NCBI GenBank assembly: GCA_964641255.1
Contig: CAZXMM010000001.1
Coordinates: 409,984 to 473,983 of the forward strand
Length of the DNA stretch: 64,000 bases
Direction of reading: 5' to 3'
DNA from: an uncultured Gammaproteobacteria bacterium
Lineage (GTDB): Bacteria > Patescibacteriota > Microgenomatia > JAMCZE01
The notes beneath the pieces were generated by a model. The model was not told the DNA's origin and made no database searches. It saw nothing but the letters and a program-made list of their open reading frames with translations. Both the position numbers and the translations under genes were made by a program. Shown here piece by piece: positions 39,220 to 48,502 of this stretch; the stretch's first letter is position 1; every line of letters starts with the position of its first letter.

Positions 39220-40303
39220 TTACCATTTTGTCCTTCTCGTCGTTATCGTTTGGCGGGCGTATTTGTTTGCCGTTGGTTTTTTGGGATTTTCTCTACTCAC
39301 TTTCAAAGCCAGTTTCCCCTACATCGACCAACACTTAATTGCCAGCACTTTTCCCCAGTGGTTTTGGCACTGGGGTAATTTTGACGGAGTCCACTATCTT
39401 GATTTAGCTACCCACGGGTATCATGCGCAGGGACTGCACGTATTTTTCCCCATGTACCCCATAATTGTCAGTGGCCTAGAAAAAGTAATCGGTAATTACT
39501 TCTTGGCTGGGTTTATAGTTTCTCATGCCGCCATTGTTCTGGCGGCCCTACTTTTTTACAAGTTTTTAAAGACTTCCTATTCTGAGTCAGTAGCTAAATG
39601 GGCGATTGTTCTTTTGTTTGCCTTTCCGACCTCCTTTTTCTTTGGGAGTTTGTATACCGAGAGTCTATTTTTTCTCTTAATAGTGTTATCAATTAGTACT
39701 ACGGGTTATGTTAGTGCGGTTGTTAATTTTTTTGCGGGACTAACAAGGTTGGTGGGAGTTTTTTTAAGTTTGGGTAGTTTGTGGCCAAAAACCAAATGGA
39801 AATACTTTCTGATTTCTATCTCCGGGTTAATCGTGCTTCTGCTATATAGTTGGTATTTCTACTTTTCACCGCTACTGATTATTTCCGATCAAGCCAATTT
39901 TCAAAATGCCCGGGCTACCACTCTTTCTGGGCTTGTCACTCCCTTTCAGGTAGTGTTTCGCTATCTTAAGATTTTTACGACCGCTAACCCCACCCATTAT
40001 GACTATCTACTCGCTGTTTTAGAATTTTTAGCTTTTGGTCTGGGGACGGTGGTCCTCGCCCTTCTGACCTGGAAACGCAGATTTAAGGCTGAGTGGTTGG
40101 CCTTTGGCTGGTTATCGCTACTGTTACCTACGTTGTCAGGAACATTTTCCTCCATGCCCAGATATCTGCTGATCGTCTTCCCGCTCTTTATTGCCTTTGG
40201 ACAATTAAAAAACCGCTGGCTTAAATTAACAATACTGGCTCTGAGTACAATGCTGCTTAGTGTGTTGACCATGCTTTTCGTACGTGGTTATTTTGTAAGC
40301 TAA
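39191..40303 (+). CDS. Polytopic membrane protein resembling PIG-V / Mannosyl_trans2-type GT-C mannosyltransferase
   Basis: ATG at 39191 (the ORF is open from 39131). Loop FPQWFWHWGNFDGVHYLDLATHGYHAQGLHVFFPMYP matches the DG-HY...GY...FFP pattern of GPI mannosyltransferase 2-like proteins. Confidence 0.45.
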   Translation: MKFIKKFWHNYHFVLLVVIVWRAYLFAVGFLGFSLLTFKASFPYIDQHLIASTFPQWFWHWGNFDGVHYLDLATHGYHAQGLHVFFPMYPIIVSGLEKVIGNYFLAGFIVSHAAIVLAALLFYKFLKTSYSESVAKWAIVLLFAFPTSFFFGSLYTESLFFLLIVLSISTTGYVSAVVNFFAGLTRLVGVFLSLGSLWPKTKWKYFLISISGLIVLLLYSWYFYFSPLLIISDQANFQNARATTLSGLVTPFQVVFRYLKIFTTANPTHYDYLLAVLEFLAFGLGTVVLALLTWKRRFKAEWLAFGWLSLLLPTLSGTFSSMPRYLLIVFPLFIAFGQLKNRWLKLTILALSTMLLSVLTMLFVRGYFVS

Positions 40304-41760
40304 TGAAACGTTACATTCCTTACTGGCTATTTTGGTTATTATTTATTTTTTTAGCTCTAGTTTTTAGAGACTCTTTCACCCACTTCTTCTTGGCAGATGA
40401 CTTTTTTCATATCATTCTCTCCAGAGGTGAAGCGCTCATTGGGGCGTTTAATATCTTTGAGCGCGCTTTTCGGGAGTATTATATTTACCGCCCCCTAACT
40501 ACTCAGTTATTTTGGACGGTGGGAGAGTCTCTCTTTGGATTAAACCCACTCCCTTATCACGTAATAAATTTTGCTTTTTACCTGGTTAATATCATTTTAG
40601 CTTATAAAGTTGGAAGGTTACTTTTGGGGTCGCCGCGCAGAGCCGGGCTAGTCACCCTTGTTTACGCCCTATCAGGGTCTCACTTTTACCGGCTTTTCTT
40701 TCTGTCTACTATTCAGGATACGGTTATGGCCACGCTGGTTATGTCAACACTCCTGCTGTATGCCAAAAACAGGAAGTTAGCTTTTGTGGCCTTTACTTTA
40801 GCACTAACCGCTAAAGAGACAGCGGTGACTACCCCAGCGATGCTTTTTGCTTATGACCTCTTAATCAACAAAAAATTTGCCCCCCGCGTCATTAGCTACG
40901 GCATAATTTCGGTTCTTTATTTTGCCGCCCACAAATACTTTTTTGGATTTTATCAAGGCGGGCTTTACACCTATGAATTTGGCTTACGAAGTACCATCAC
41001 CAATTATCTTTGGTACTACTTCTGGTCATTTGGCCTTCCCGAAGATTTTGTAAACGTTGGAGTGTTATCTCGTACTTTTTTTACGGGGGGGCAAGTACTT
41101 CAGACTTACGGCTGGTTTGGGCAAATCATTTTTTATCTTTTTCTCGCCCTTCAATCTTTGCTGGCTGTTGGGGCAACGCTCTGGTTAAAAACCCGTTTGC
41201 AGTGGCGCACCGTTCTTTTTGGGATAGCTGTGTTTATAGCCTTTGTGTTGCCGGTGGGCTTTTTCCCCTTTCACAAGTTTGCAATTAATTTGGCGGCCCC
41301 GCTGTTGGGGGTGGCACTGGTAGTTAGTGTGATCGTTGGCAGGATAAAATGGCTAACTTTTCTGGTGATTTTAGTTATGGCTATACTCCTTAGTCTTACG
41401 GTCGACTTTAACACTAATAATCACTGGATTAGTAAACGGGGCAAAATAGCCAGGGATACACTTACTCAGCTCAAAGAGCGCTATCCGCAGGGACTGGACG
41501 GCCAAACGATTTACGTTCGCAATAACTTCCAGTATCATTGTAAAATTGACCCAGGCGAGCAAAAGAACTCGGCCGAAATTGCCTATAGCCTGGCCTACCG
41601 CGACGGTCTGGACGTCTTTTATCCGAGAGATAACTTTAGTGTCTATTTCGAGGACTTTGATCAGAATGCCCACTGTGATATGTCTGTCGCCCTCGTTGAT
41701 GGTTGTAGAATTATCCGCACGGTTAAAGCCGATAGGGATCACTGTCCGAAAGGAGAATAA
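40303..41760 (+). CDS. Polytopic membrane protein with C-terminal extracytoplasmic domain, unknown function (GT-C-like or polymerase/ligase candidate)
   Basis: 485 aa. About 11 TM helices are followed by a roughly 130 aa hydrophilic C-terminal domain. TAATG overlap with the upstream gene. Confidence 0.4.
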   Translation: MKRYIPYWLFWLLFIFLALVFRDSFTHFFLADDFFHIILSRGEALIGAFNIFERAFREYYIYRPLTTQLFWTVGESLFGLNPLPYHVINFAFYLVNIILAYKVGRLLLGSPRRAGLVTLVYALSGSHFYRLFFLSTIQDTVMATLVMSTLLLYAKNRKLAFVAFTLALTAKETAVTTPAMLFAYDLLINKKFAPRVISYGIISVLYFAAHKYFFGFYQGGLYTYEFGLRSTITNYLWYYFWSFGLPEDFVNVGVLSRTFFTGGQVLQTYGWFGQIIFYLFLALQSLLAVGATLWLKTRLQWRTVLFGIAVFIAFVLPVGFFPFHKFAINLAAPLLGVALVVSVIVGRIKWLTFLVILVMAILLSLTVDFNTNNHWISKRGKIARDTLTQLKERYPQGLDGQTIYVRNNFQYHCKIDPGEQKNSAEIAYSLAYRDGLDVFYPRDNFSVYFEDFDQNAHCDMSVALVDGCRIIRTVKADRDHCPKGE

Positions 41761-41762
41761 CG

Positions 41763-42455
41763 ATGAATAAAACTAAACCTGCCAAAAACAGCGAAGTTCT
41801 GGTTGTCATTCCCGCTTTTAATGAGGAGCAAACCCTTCCGGGAGTAATCAGGGATTTAAAAGAACACGGCTACTTTACGATCTTAGTGGTTGATGACGGT
41901 TCAGGCGATGCTACCAGTGCTGTAGCAAAAGAAAATGACGTCATGATGGTGCGCCATGTGGTTAACAGGGGTCTCGGAGCTGCTCTAGGAACTGGGTTTT
42001 CTTTTGCTAAACAAAATAACTTCAATTATCTTGTTACCTTTGACGGCGATGGCCAACATGAGGGCCGTAAGGTCAAGAAGCTGCTGGAGCCCATCATTAG
42101 TAACCAGGCTGATGTGGTAATCGGCAGTCGGCTCATTGACAGAAAAAGTGCGCCTTTTAAGATAAGAGTCCTTAATTATATAGCTAACTTGATCACCTTT
42201 GTTTTATATGGGGTGTGGACTACCGACTCGTTGTCTGGGTTACGAGCTTTTAATAAAGTGGCCTTAGAAAAAATTCATATTAAAACCGATCGCATGGAAG
42301 TGAGCAATGAGTTTTTTAAAGAAATCAGGCGTAATAAATTGCGCTTTATTGAAGTGCCGATAAAAGCGATTTATACTGACTACAGTAAAGCGCACACTCA
42401 CAATTTGGATCCGTGGTCAGTAGGGTTTAAAATGGTTTTGCGACTCTTTAGATGA
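41763..42455 (+). CDS. GT2 polyprenyl-phosphate sugar synthase (Dpm1/GtrB-like)
   Basis: Motifs VLVVIPAFNEEQTL, VVDDGSGDAT and TFDGDGQHE. Confidence 0.8.
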   Translation: MNKTKPAKNSEVLVVIPAFNEEQTLPGVIRDLKEHGYFTILVVDDGSGDATSAVAKENDVMMVRHVVNRGLGAALGTGFSFAKQNNFNYLVTFDGDGQHEGRKVKKLLEPIISNQADVVIGSRLIDRKSAPFKIRVLNYIANLITFVLYGVWTTDSLSGLRAFNKVALEKIHIKTDRMEVSNEFFKEIRRNKLRFIEVPIKAIYTDYSKAHTHNLDPWSVGFKMVLRLFR

Positions 42456-42796
42456 CAATGATGGGAATTTTGCAACTGCTACTTTTAATTTTTTTGGCCT
42501 TTGCTTTAAGCAGAGTGGTGCTTCGTTTCAAAGATGGGCTCATTAAACTCCCGGAATTTGTTTTTTGGGGACTGCTTTTTACTTCCGCAATTGTTGGAGT
42601 AGTTCTACCCCAGGAAACCACTAGATTAGCAAAACTACTGGGTATTGGCAGGGGGGCGGATTTGATTGTCTATGCTTCGCTAGCTACATTGTTTTACCTA
42701 GTCTTTCGCATTTATGTCCTGATGGAGGATATTCGCCATGAGATTACTAGTGTAGTTCGTAAGATTGCCCTAGAGAAACAGAGTAAAAGTAGATGA
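42452..42796 (+). CDS. Small 3-TM membrane protein (DUF2304-like), partner of the upstream Dpm1-like GT2
   Basis: 114 aa with three hydrophobic helices. Translationally coupled (ATGA) to the GT2, an arrangement typical of DUF2304 proteins. Confidence 0.5.
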   Translation: MTMMGILQLLLLIFLAFALSRVVLRFKDGLIKLPEFVFWGLLFTSAIVGVVLPQETTRLAKLLGIGRGADLIVYASLATLFYLVFRIYVLMEDIRHEITSVVRKIALEKQSKSR

Positions 42797-43896
42797 ATAT
42801 TCTCTATCTTCTTGATTTTTTTCCAAAGACGAGTAAGGGTGGTGATGAATTGGCAGGTGGCGTCGAATCGCGCTATTTCTATCTAGTAGAGGAACTGCGA
42901 AAAAGGGGACATACAGTTTCTGTTATAGCCCGTTCTGGTTTATTGACCGAAGTGGCAAAGTCATACCAACCAAACATTTTTGATCGTCTCTTTATCTTTC
43001 AGTGGCGAGCCATTAAAGAGGGCTTGGCAATCGATTTTGATGTAGTCGAAGGGGGGAGTTGGATTACCTATTTTGCCGCCTATATGCTCGGGAAATTAAA
43101 GCGAAAGCCAGTAGTCTTTTGCTACCATGATGTAGCCATTGGCAAGTGGTCCATGCTTTTTGGAAAGCTTGGCTTTATCGGAGAACTGGGAGAGCGATTT
43201 ATTCTCGCCCTCAGACCGGACGCTTTTGTAGCTGTTAGCGAAAGCACCAAGGAAGCATTAATCCAAAACGGAGTCGTCGCCAGCCGGGTAAGAGTAGTTC
43301 ATAATGGCGTAAGTTACCAGGATTTAGCTAAGGTTAAAGTAGCAGGTAAAAAGTATGACATTTGCTGTGTGGCCCGCCTGGTGCCTTACAAAAATGTTGC
43401 CGATTTGCTAGCGGCGATTGCCAAGTTGATAAAGCGTCACCCCAAGTTGTCAGTGGCCATTGTGGGCCAAGGCCCACAGGAAAATGAACTTAAAAAGTTG
43501 GCGACAAAACTGGGGATAAGTAAGTTGGTTGATTTCAAGGGTCATCTACCCAGTCACCTTGACGTTTTGCGCCTAATCAAATCGTCAAAGATCTTTTGTT
43601 TACCATCGAGTTTTGAGGGTTTTGGCATCAGTGTCATTGAGGCTCAAGCTTTGGGCGTGCCGGTGGTGGTGTCAGATATCCCCGCCCTTAAAGAAGTAAG
43701 TCAAAATGGAAAAGCTGGCGTGGTGTTTAAACTTGGTGATACCAAGGAGTTAGCCCTAAAACTGGAAAATTTGTTGCACGACCAAAAATTATCACAAAGT
43801 TTGCAAATAGAGGGCCGAAAGAGCGCCCAAAGGTATTCTTGGCCAGTACTAGCAAGGAGGTTGAGTATACTCTATGAAAATTTGCGTACTCACTGA
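42793..43896 (+). CDS. GT4 family glycosyltransferase
   Basis: SSFEGFGISVIEAQALGVPVVVSDIPALKEV (E-x7-E). Confidence 0.8.
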   Translation: MNILYLLDFFPKTSKGGDELAGGVESRYFYLVEELRKRGHTVSVIARSGLLTEVAKSYQPNIFDRLFIFQWRAIKEGLAIDFDVVEGGSWITYFAAYMLGKLKRKPVVFCYHDVAIGKWSMLFGKLGFIGELGERFILALRPDAFVAVSESTKEALIQNGVVASRVRVVHNGVSYQDLAKVKVAGKKYDICCVARLVPYKNVADLLAAIAKLIKRHPKLSVAIVGQGPQENELKKLATKLGISKLVDFKGHLPSHLDVLRLIKSSKIFCLPSSFEGFGISVIEAQALGVPVVVSDIPALKEVSQNGKAGVVFKLGDTKELALKLENLLHDQKLSQSLQIEGRKSAQRYSWPVLARRLSILYENLRTH

Positions 43897-44932
43897 CGCC
43901 TGGACACCGGTTTGGGGTGGTGGCCAGGAGCATATTTGGCAAGTCTACACGCGCTTAGCGGTCCAAGGCCACCAGGTTGATATTGTAGTGCCAAATCTGA
44001 CTGCTCAGGATAAAAAAAACCTTCGGAGAGTGGAAAACCACGGCAATCTACGAATCATCAGGTTTGGCCCTGCTTTTATCTTTCCCAACCTCTTCGGTCG
44101 TTTCCTTTTTGTGCTTAACACTTTCTACTTTACCCTCAGTACTAAATATGATTGGTACCACAGTCATAGCCCATCAACATCACTATGTCTGCCATTATTA
44201 AAATTACTGGGCAGAAGAGTGGCCTATACGGTTCATGGAAAAGGCAAAGATCTTTTGGGGGGTGGGCTAGTTAATAAGTTAGGGGTTCTTTCCCTACTAA
44301 ACAATCTATTGGTTTATTGGATGCCGTATGACGTTCTTTTTTCAGCGGCGGCTTCGTCAATTGAAAGAAAACCCCGTGCCAGAAAGCTTATCATCATTGG
44401 TAATGGCGTAGATGTGGCCGAGTTTGATAAAGAAAAAGCCACTCCCGATCCTAAACATTTTACGATTCTTTGTATTGGTCGGAGAGACCCAGTAAAAGGT
44501 CTGGAACTACTTGAGCAAGCAGTTATTCTAGTGCAAAAGAAGTACCCCCAGGTTAGACTAAATCTTGTTTCCGGGAGAAAAAGAACTGCCAGAGACTTCA
44601 AAACTGCAGACCTGTATGTTTTACCATCACTATCAGAAGGGTTACCCATTGTGATCTTGGAAGCAATGGCTGCCAGTTTGCCAATTGTTGCCACGGCTGT
44701 GGGTGATGTCCCGAAGCTTCTCAGCGAATCAGGTGCGGGTCAAGTAGTTAAACCAGGAGAAATTTCTGCACTCGCGATTGGGATCGAACAAAGTATCAGG
44801 AGGGAAGCAAAACTCAGAGAAATGGGGACCCAAGGCTACCACTACGTCAAAAAACATTTTACTTGGAAAGAAGTAACAAAACTTGTGTTTGAGGGCTATC
44901 AGTCCTTGAAGCCTACAAAGACTAACGAGTAG
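43874..44932 (+). CDS. GT4 family glycosyltransferase
   Basis: PSLSEGLPIVILEAMAASLPIVATAVGDVPKLL (E-x7-E). Confidence 0.8.
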   Translation: MKICVLTDAWTPVWGGGQEHIWQVYTRLAVQGHQVDIVVPNLTAQDKKNLRRVENHGNLRIIRFGPAFIFPNLFGRFLFVLNTFYFTLSTKYDWYHSHSPSTSLCLPLLKLLGRRVAYTVHGKGKDLLGGGLVNKLGVLSLLNNLLVYWMPYDVLFSAAASSIERKPRARKLIIIGNGVDVAEFDKEKATPDPKHFTILCIGRRDPVKGLELLEQAVILVQKKYPQVRLNLVSGRKRTARDFKTADLYVLPSLSEGLPIVILEAMAASLPIVATAVGDVPKLLSESGAGQVVKPGEISALAIGIEQSIRREAKLREMGTQGYHYVKKHFTWKEVTKLVFEGYQSLKPTKTNE

Positions 44933-45675
44933 CTAAGGTATTGGTCTAGTGGGGTTCCTCGCTCTAACTTTAAGCTCTTGATATCCGTGGTCTGTTTCCT
45001 TCCGAGAAGTTTTCTGACGATAACAATAGGATTAATAAAATTAAGCGAGTACCAGAGGTTATCTCCTAAGAATCGGTAGTGTTTTATTCCAAGTTTTAGG
45101 GCCAATTGTCGCCACTCAGATCTAGTGTAGGGATACTCTTCTCCTACTTTCCAAAGTTTGGCCATTTCAGCCGCTACCTTAAAGAAACGATAGGGCAGGT
45201 TATAGGCATTTGGGACCGAGATAATAGCGATGCCCTGTGGTTTGAGCAGATCAAAATGAGCTTGATTGATTGTCAGACGCCTTTCACCACTAAAATGTTC
45301 GGTGAGGCCAAATGACATGGCTATATCAAATTTTCCCTTCAGTTCTTTAGGCAGATTAAGGGCATCGGCCTGAATGAATGTGGCCTGTAGTCCATTATGT
45401 TTAAAGAAGGATTTTGCCCTTGATAGTGCTTTGGGAGAATAATCCAGGATCGTTACTTTAGCGCCGTTTTTGGCCATGAGAGCCGCGTTGGTACCAGCTC
45501 CCGCTCCTATTTCAATCACTTGTAAGTCCTTTGCAAAGCTAAAGTGGCTATTGACTAAGGAAAGAATCCGTTGCCAGCGAATCGACAGTTCTTCTTGAGC
45601 TAAGTTAAATCGGTCTTCATTAGGCGTGACATCTCTCCATAGTTTATCCCATAGCTCAGGTGAGTTTTGTGTCAT
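44899..45675 (-). CDS. Class I SAM-dependent methyltransferase
   Basis: Motif I VIEIGAGAGTNAALMAKNGAKVTILDYS, then FDIAMSFGLTEHF. Start placed at the internal ATG (MTQNSPELW; the ORF is open to 45852) to leave a 51-bp divergent spacer before the ABC permease gene. Confidence 0.75.
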   Translation of the reverse strand: MTQNSPELWDKLWRDVTPNEDRFNLAQEELSIRWQRILSLVNSHFSFAKDLQVIEIGAGAGTNAALMAKNGAKVTILDYSPKALSRAKSFFKHNGLQATFIQADALNLPKELKGKFDIAMSFGLTEHFSGERRLTINQAHFDLLKPQGIAIISVPNAYNLPYRFFKVAAEMAKLWKVGEEYPYTRSEWRQLALKLGIKHYRFLGDNLWYSLNFINPIVIVRKLLGRKQTTDIKSLKLERGTPLDQYLSYSLVFVGFKD

Positions 45676-45726
45676 AAGACTTACTAGAGATAATACACCA
45701 AAATCGCTATACTTACGCCTGAGAAT

Positions 45727-46548
45727 ATGATTAAGCCGATTATCATTCGTCCTAGTGAGCCGTGGTGGAAAATTGATTTTGCCGAAATTTGGCAGTATAA
45801 AAATTTGTTGTATGTTCTGGCTTGGCGTGATGTAACTGTTAGGTATAAGCAAACAGTTCTCGGGATTCTCTGGGCAGTTTTTCAGCCGTTGGTGACGACA
45901 GGTATTTTTAGCATCTTCTTTGGAACCATCGCCAAAATTCCTTCCGATGGACTGCCTTACCCACTGTTCACTTTCATCGGCCTTGCTTTGTGGAATTTTT
46001 TTTCAAGTGGAATAGCAAATGCCAGCAACAGTCTCATTACTAACGCGAGTATAATTACTAAGGTATATTTTCCCAGGTTTTTAGTTCCCTTTGCTTCAAT
46101 TGCTACATCTGGTGTCGATTTTGCCATTACACTTTTATTAGTTCTGGTAGCAATTTTATTATATGGCTACATACCCTCGATCCAAACTTTATACGTCTTT
46201 CCCATGCTTTTAGTAATTCTTGTTTTAGCCATGGGAGGACTGGGTCTAATGACAGCAGCGATCAATATTAAATTCCGCGATGTCCGTTATATTCTGCCTT
46301 TCTTCATTCAAATTGGTTTGTACATTACGCCAATTATTTATCCATTATCTGTGATTCATGATTATAGGCGGTGGATTTTAATGTTGAATCCTATGACGGC
46401 AGTTATTGAGAGTAGCCGTGCTTTGGTTAATTCAGCCTCATTGGATTGGCTAATGATTTCGATTGGGTTTTTAGTTGCCTTGGGGTTATTTATCCTTGGG
46501 CTCTATTTATTTAGGAAAACAGAATATTTATTTGTTGATATATCCTAA
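45727..46548 (+). CDS. ABC-2 type polysaccharide/teichoic-acid exporter permease (Wzm/TagG-like)
   Basis: 273 aa with 6 TM helices. N-terminal WRDVTVRYKQTVLGILWAVFQPL is the ABC-2 family signature. Confidence 0.8.
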   Translation: MIKPIIIRPSEPWWKIDFAEIWQYKNLLYVLAWRDVTVRYKQTVLGILWAVFQPLVTTGIFSIFFGTIAKIPSDGLPYPLFTFIGLALWNFFSSGIANASNSLITNASIITKVYFPRFLVPFASIATSGVDFAITLLLVLVAILLYGYIPSIQTLYVFPMLLVILVLAMGGLGLMTAAINIKFRDVRYILPFFIQIGLYITPIIYPLSVIHDYRRWILMLNPMTAVIESSRALVNSASLDWLMISIGFLVALGLFILGLYLFRKTEYLFVDIS

Positions 46549-46550
46549 CA

Positions 46551-47768
46551 ATGCAACCTATTATTGAAGTTAAAAATCTATCAAAGAAATATAGCTTAGG
46601 TTCATATCAACCTTACGAAACCCTTCGAGATACTATAGTAAGCTTATTTAATAAGCAGGGACTACACTCTAATAAATTAAAAAAACAAGAATTCTGGGCA
46701 CTAAAGGACATTAATTTTGAAGTACAAAAAGGCGAAGTTATTGGCATTATCGGCAGAAATGGGGCAGGCAAAAGTACCCTTCTTAGAATTCTAAGTCGAA
46801 TAACGCTTCCGACAGAAGGCGAAGCAATTATGCATGGACGGGTGGCCAGTCTGTTGGAGGTGGGAACGGGATTTAGTCCCGAGCTAACAGGCCGGGAAAA
46901 CATTTTTTTAAATGGTGCAGTTTTAGGGATGGGGCGCAAAGAAATCCAACGAAAATTTCAGGCTATCGTTAATTTTGCTGAAATAGGCAAGTTCATTGAC
47001 ACACCAGTCAAATACTATTCATCAGGGATGTATACCAGGCTAGCTTTTGCAGTAGCGGCTCATCTAGAGCCCGAGATTTTGATCGTTGACGAAGTATTGT
47101 CAGTTGGGGATTTAAGATTTCAAAAGAAGTCTTTAGGAAAGATTGAAGATTTGACCCATGCGGAAGGAAGGACAGTTTTGTTTGTTAGCCATAATATGGG
47201 AGCTGTAAACCAATTATGTCGTCATACTATTCTTTTGGATGGTGGAAAAGTGGTGTTTTATGGAGCTACAGAGGAAGCCATTCGGTTGTATTCGCTGCAG
47301 AGCTTTGATAAAAACCAATTTAAAACTGTGCTTCAGGGGGATTTAGCGACTACACTAAAGCTAACCCAGATTTTTATTAACAATAAAGAGGCTAATAATC
47401 AGGTGCTATTGCCGAATCAAAGCATTGAATTTAAGGCGAAATTTAAGAGTAAGAAGAAAAACTCTAACCTAGTCATTAATTTTTCGTTATATAAAGATGG
47501 TCAGAGGCTTTTTACATTAAGTGATACAGAAAACCCGAGAGATCAACCCACAGGAAATTTTATCTCCGAATTTCAAATTCCAAGCTACTTATTACGTCCA
47601 GGTTATTATTCCATTGCCTTGGGTGGGTATCGTGTGGGCAGTGGTGAGTGGTGCTGGGGTACCGATTTAGCAGGATTTACCATAGCAGAGGTTTGGGACA
47701 GGAAAAATATACAAACTAACTTAGGAATTTTCAATCTACCCAATTATGGGCAACGAAAAAATGAATAA
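46551..47768 (+). CDS. ABC exporter ATP-binding protein (Wzt/TagH-like) with about 150 aa C-terminal extra domain
   Basis: Walker A GRNGAGKST, signature YSSGMYTRLAFAVA, Walker B ILIVDEVLSVGD. The C-terminal 150 aa (YKDGQRLFTLSD...GYYSIALGGYRV) is beta-rich, as in Wzt carbohydrate-binding domains. Confidence 0.8.
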   Translation: MQPIIEVKNLSKKYSLGSYQPYETLRDTIVSLFNKQGLHSNKLKKQEFWALKDINFEVQKGEVIGIIGRNGAGKSTLLRILSRITLPTEGEAIMHGRVASLLEVGTGFSPELTGRENIFLNGAVLGMGRKEIQRKFQAIVNFAEIGKFIDTPVKYYSSGMYTRLAFAVAAHLEPEILIVDEVLSVGDLRFQKKSLGKIEDLTHAEGRTVLFVSHNMGAVNQLCRHTILLDGGKVVFYGATEEAIRLYSLQSFDKNQFKTVLQGDLATTLKLTQIFINNKEANNQVLLPNQSIEFKAKFKSKKKNSNLVINFSLYKDGQRLFTLSDTENPRDQPTGNFISEFQIPSYLLRPGYYSIALGGYRVGSGEWCWGTDLAGFTIAEVWDRKNIQTNLGIFNLPNYGQRKNE

Positions 47769-48492
47769 ACAAAGAAAGGTAATTACGAGAAGAACATGCT
47801 TTCCCCTTTGGGATGTAATTTTATTACACAACAAAATAGAAAACTTACCTCGTTTATTTAGGGCTATGGAATTATTTTTATGGGAATTCGCCTTCTTTAC
47901 CAGCGTCAATCGTCACGAACCAGTTGATAAAAACTTACAGCCTGTCCCGTGGTTAACGTATCCTGCTATCGAATTTTTAAACAGATTAAATTTTAAATCT
48001 AAATCGGTTTTTGAATTTGGGGCAGGTAATTCCTCACTTTATTTTTCAGGAAAGGGTGCTAGTGTTTTCAGTGTTGAGAGTGATTTACACTGGTATAATA
48101 GGCTTAGTCTCAGGATAGCTAATAATAACAAGCTTTATTACGCCAAAACCAAGAAGGAATATCTAGAGTCAATTAAAAAACCAAGGACAAAATTTGATGT
48201 AGTTCTAATCGATGGGCTTTATAGGTATAGCAGTTCTTCATTAGCAATCAAATATCTCAAACCAACCGGTTTTATTATTTTGGATAATAGCGAGTGGTTT
48301 CCTAGGGCGTTTGCCCAGCTCGAAAGTTGTGGGTTTACGCACGTCGACTTTAGTGGCTTTAGCCCATTTAATGACTACACACTTACCACCTCAATTTTTT
48401 TTAAAAAGTCTAGTTCCTTTGATTTTGATTCTGATAAAAATGCTCACTACTCGATTGGCTCGATAAAGCACATTTCCCCCGAGGACCGTTAA
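47761..48492 (+). CDS. Putative SAM-dependent methyltransferase (class I fold)
   Basis: FEFGAGNSSLYFSGKGASVFSVESD (G-x-G motif I) and VVLIDGLY (motif post-I/II). ATG at 47761 overlaps the ABC ATPase stop (ATGAATAA). Confidence 0.5.
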   Translation: MNKQRKVITRRTCFPLWDVILLHNKIENLPRLFRAMELFLWEFAFFTSVNRHEPVDKNLQPVPWLTYPAIEFLNRLNFKSKSVFEFGAGNSSLYFSGKGASVFSVESDLHWYNRLSLRIANNNKLYYAKTKKEYLESIKKPRTKFDVVLIDGLYRYSSSSLAIKYLKPTGFIILDNSEWFPRAFAQLESCGFTHVDFSGFSPFNDYTLTTSIFFKKSSSFDFDSDKNAHYSIGSIKHISPEDR

Positions 48493-48502
48493 GTTATTAA
48501 TC

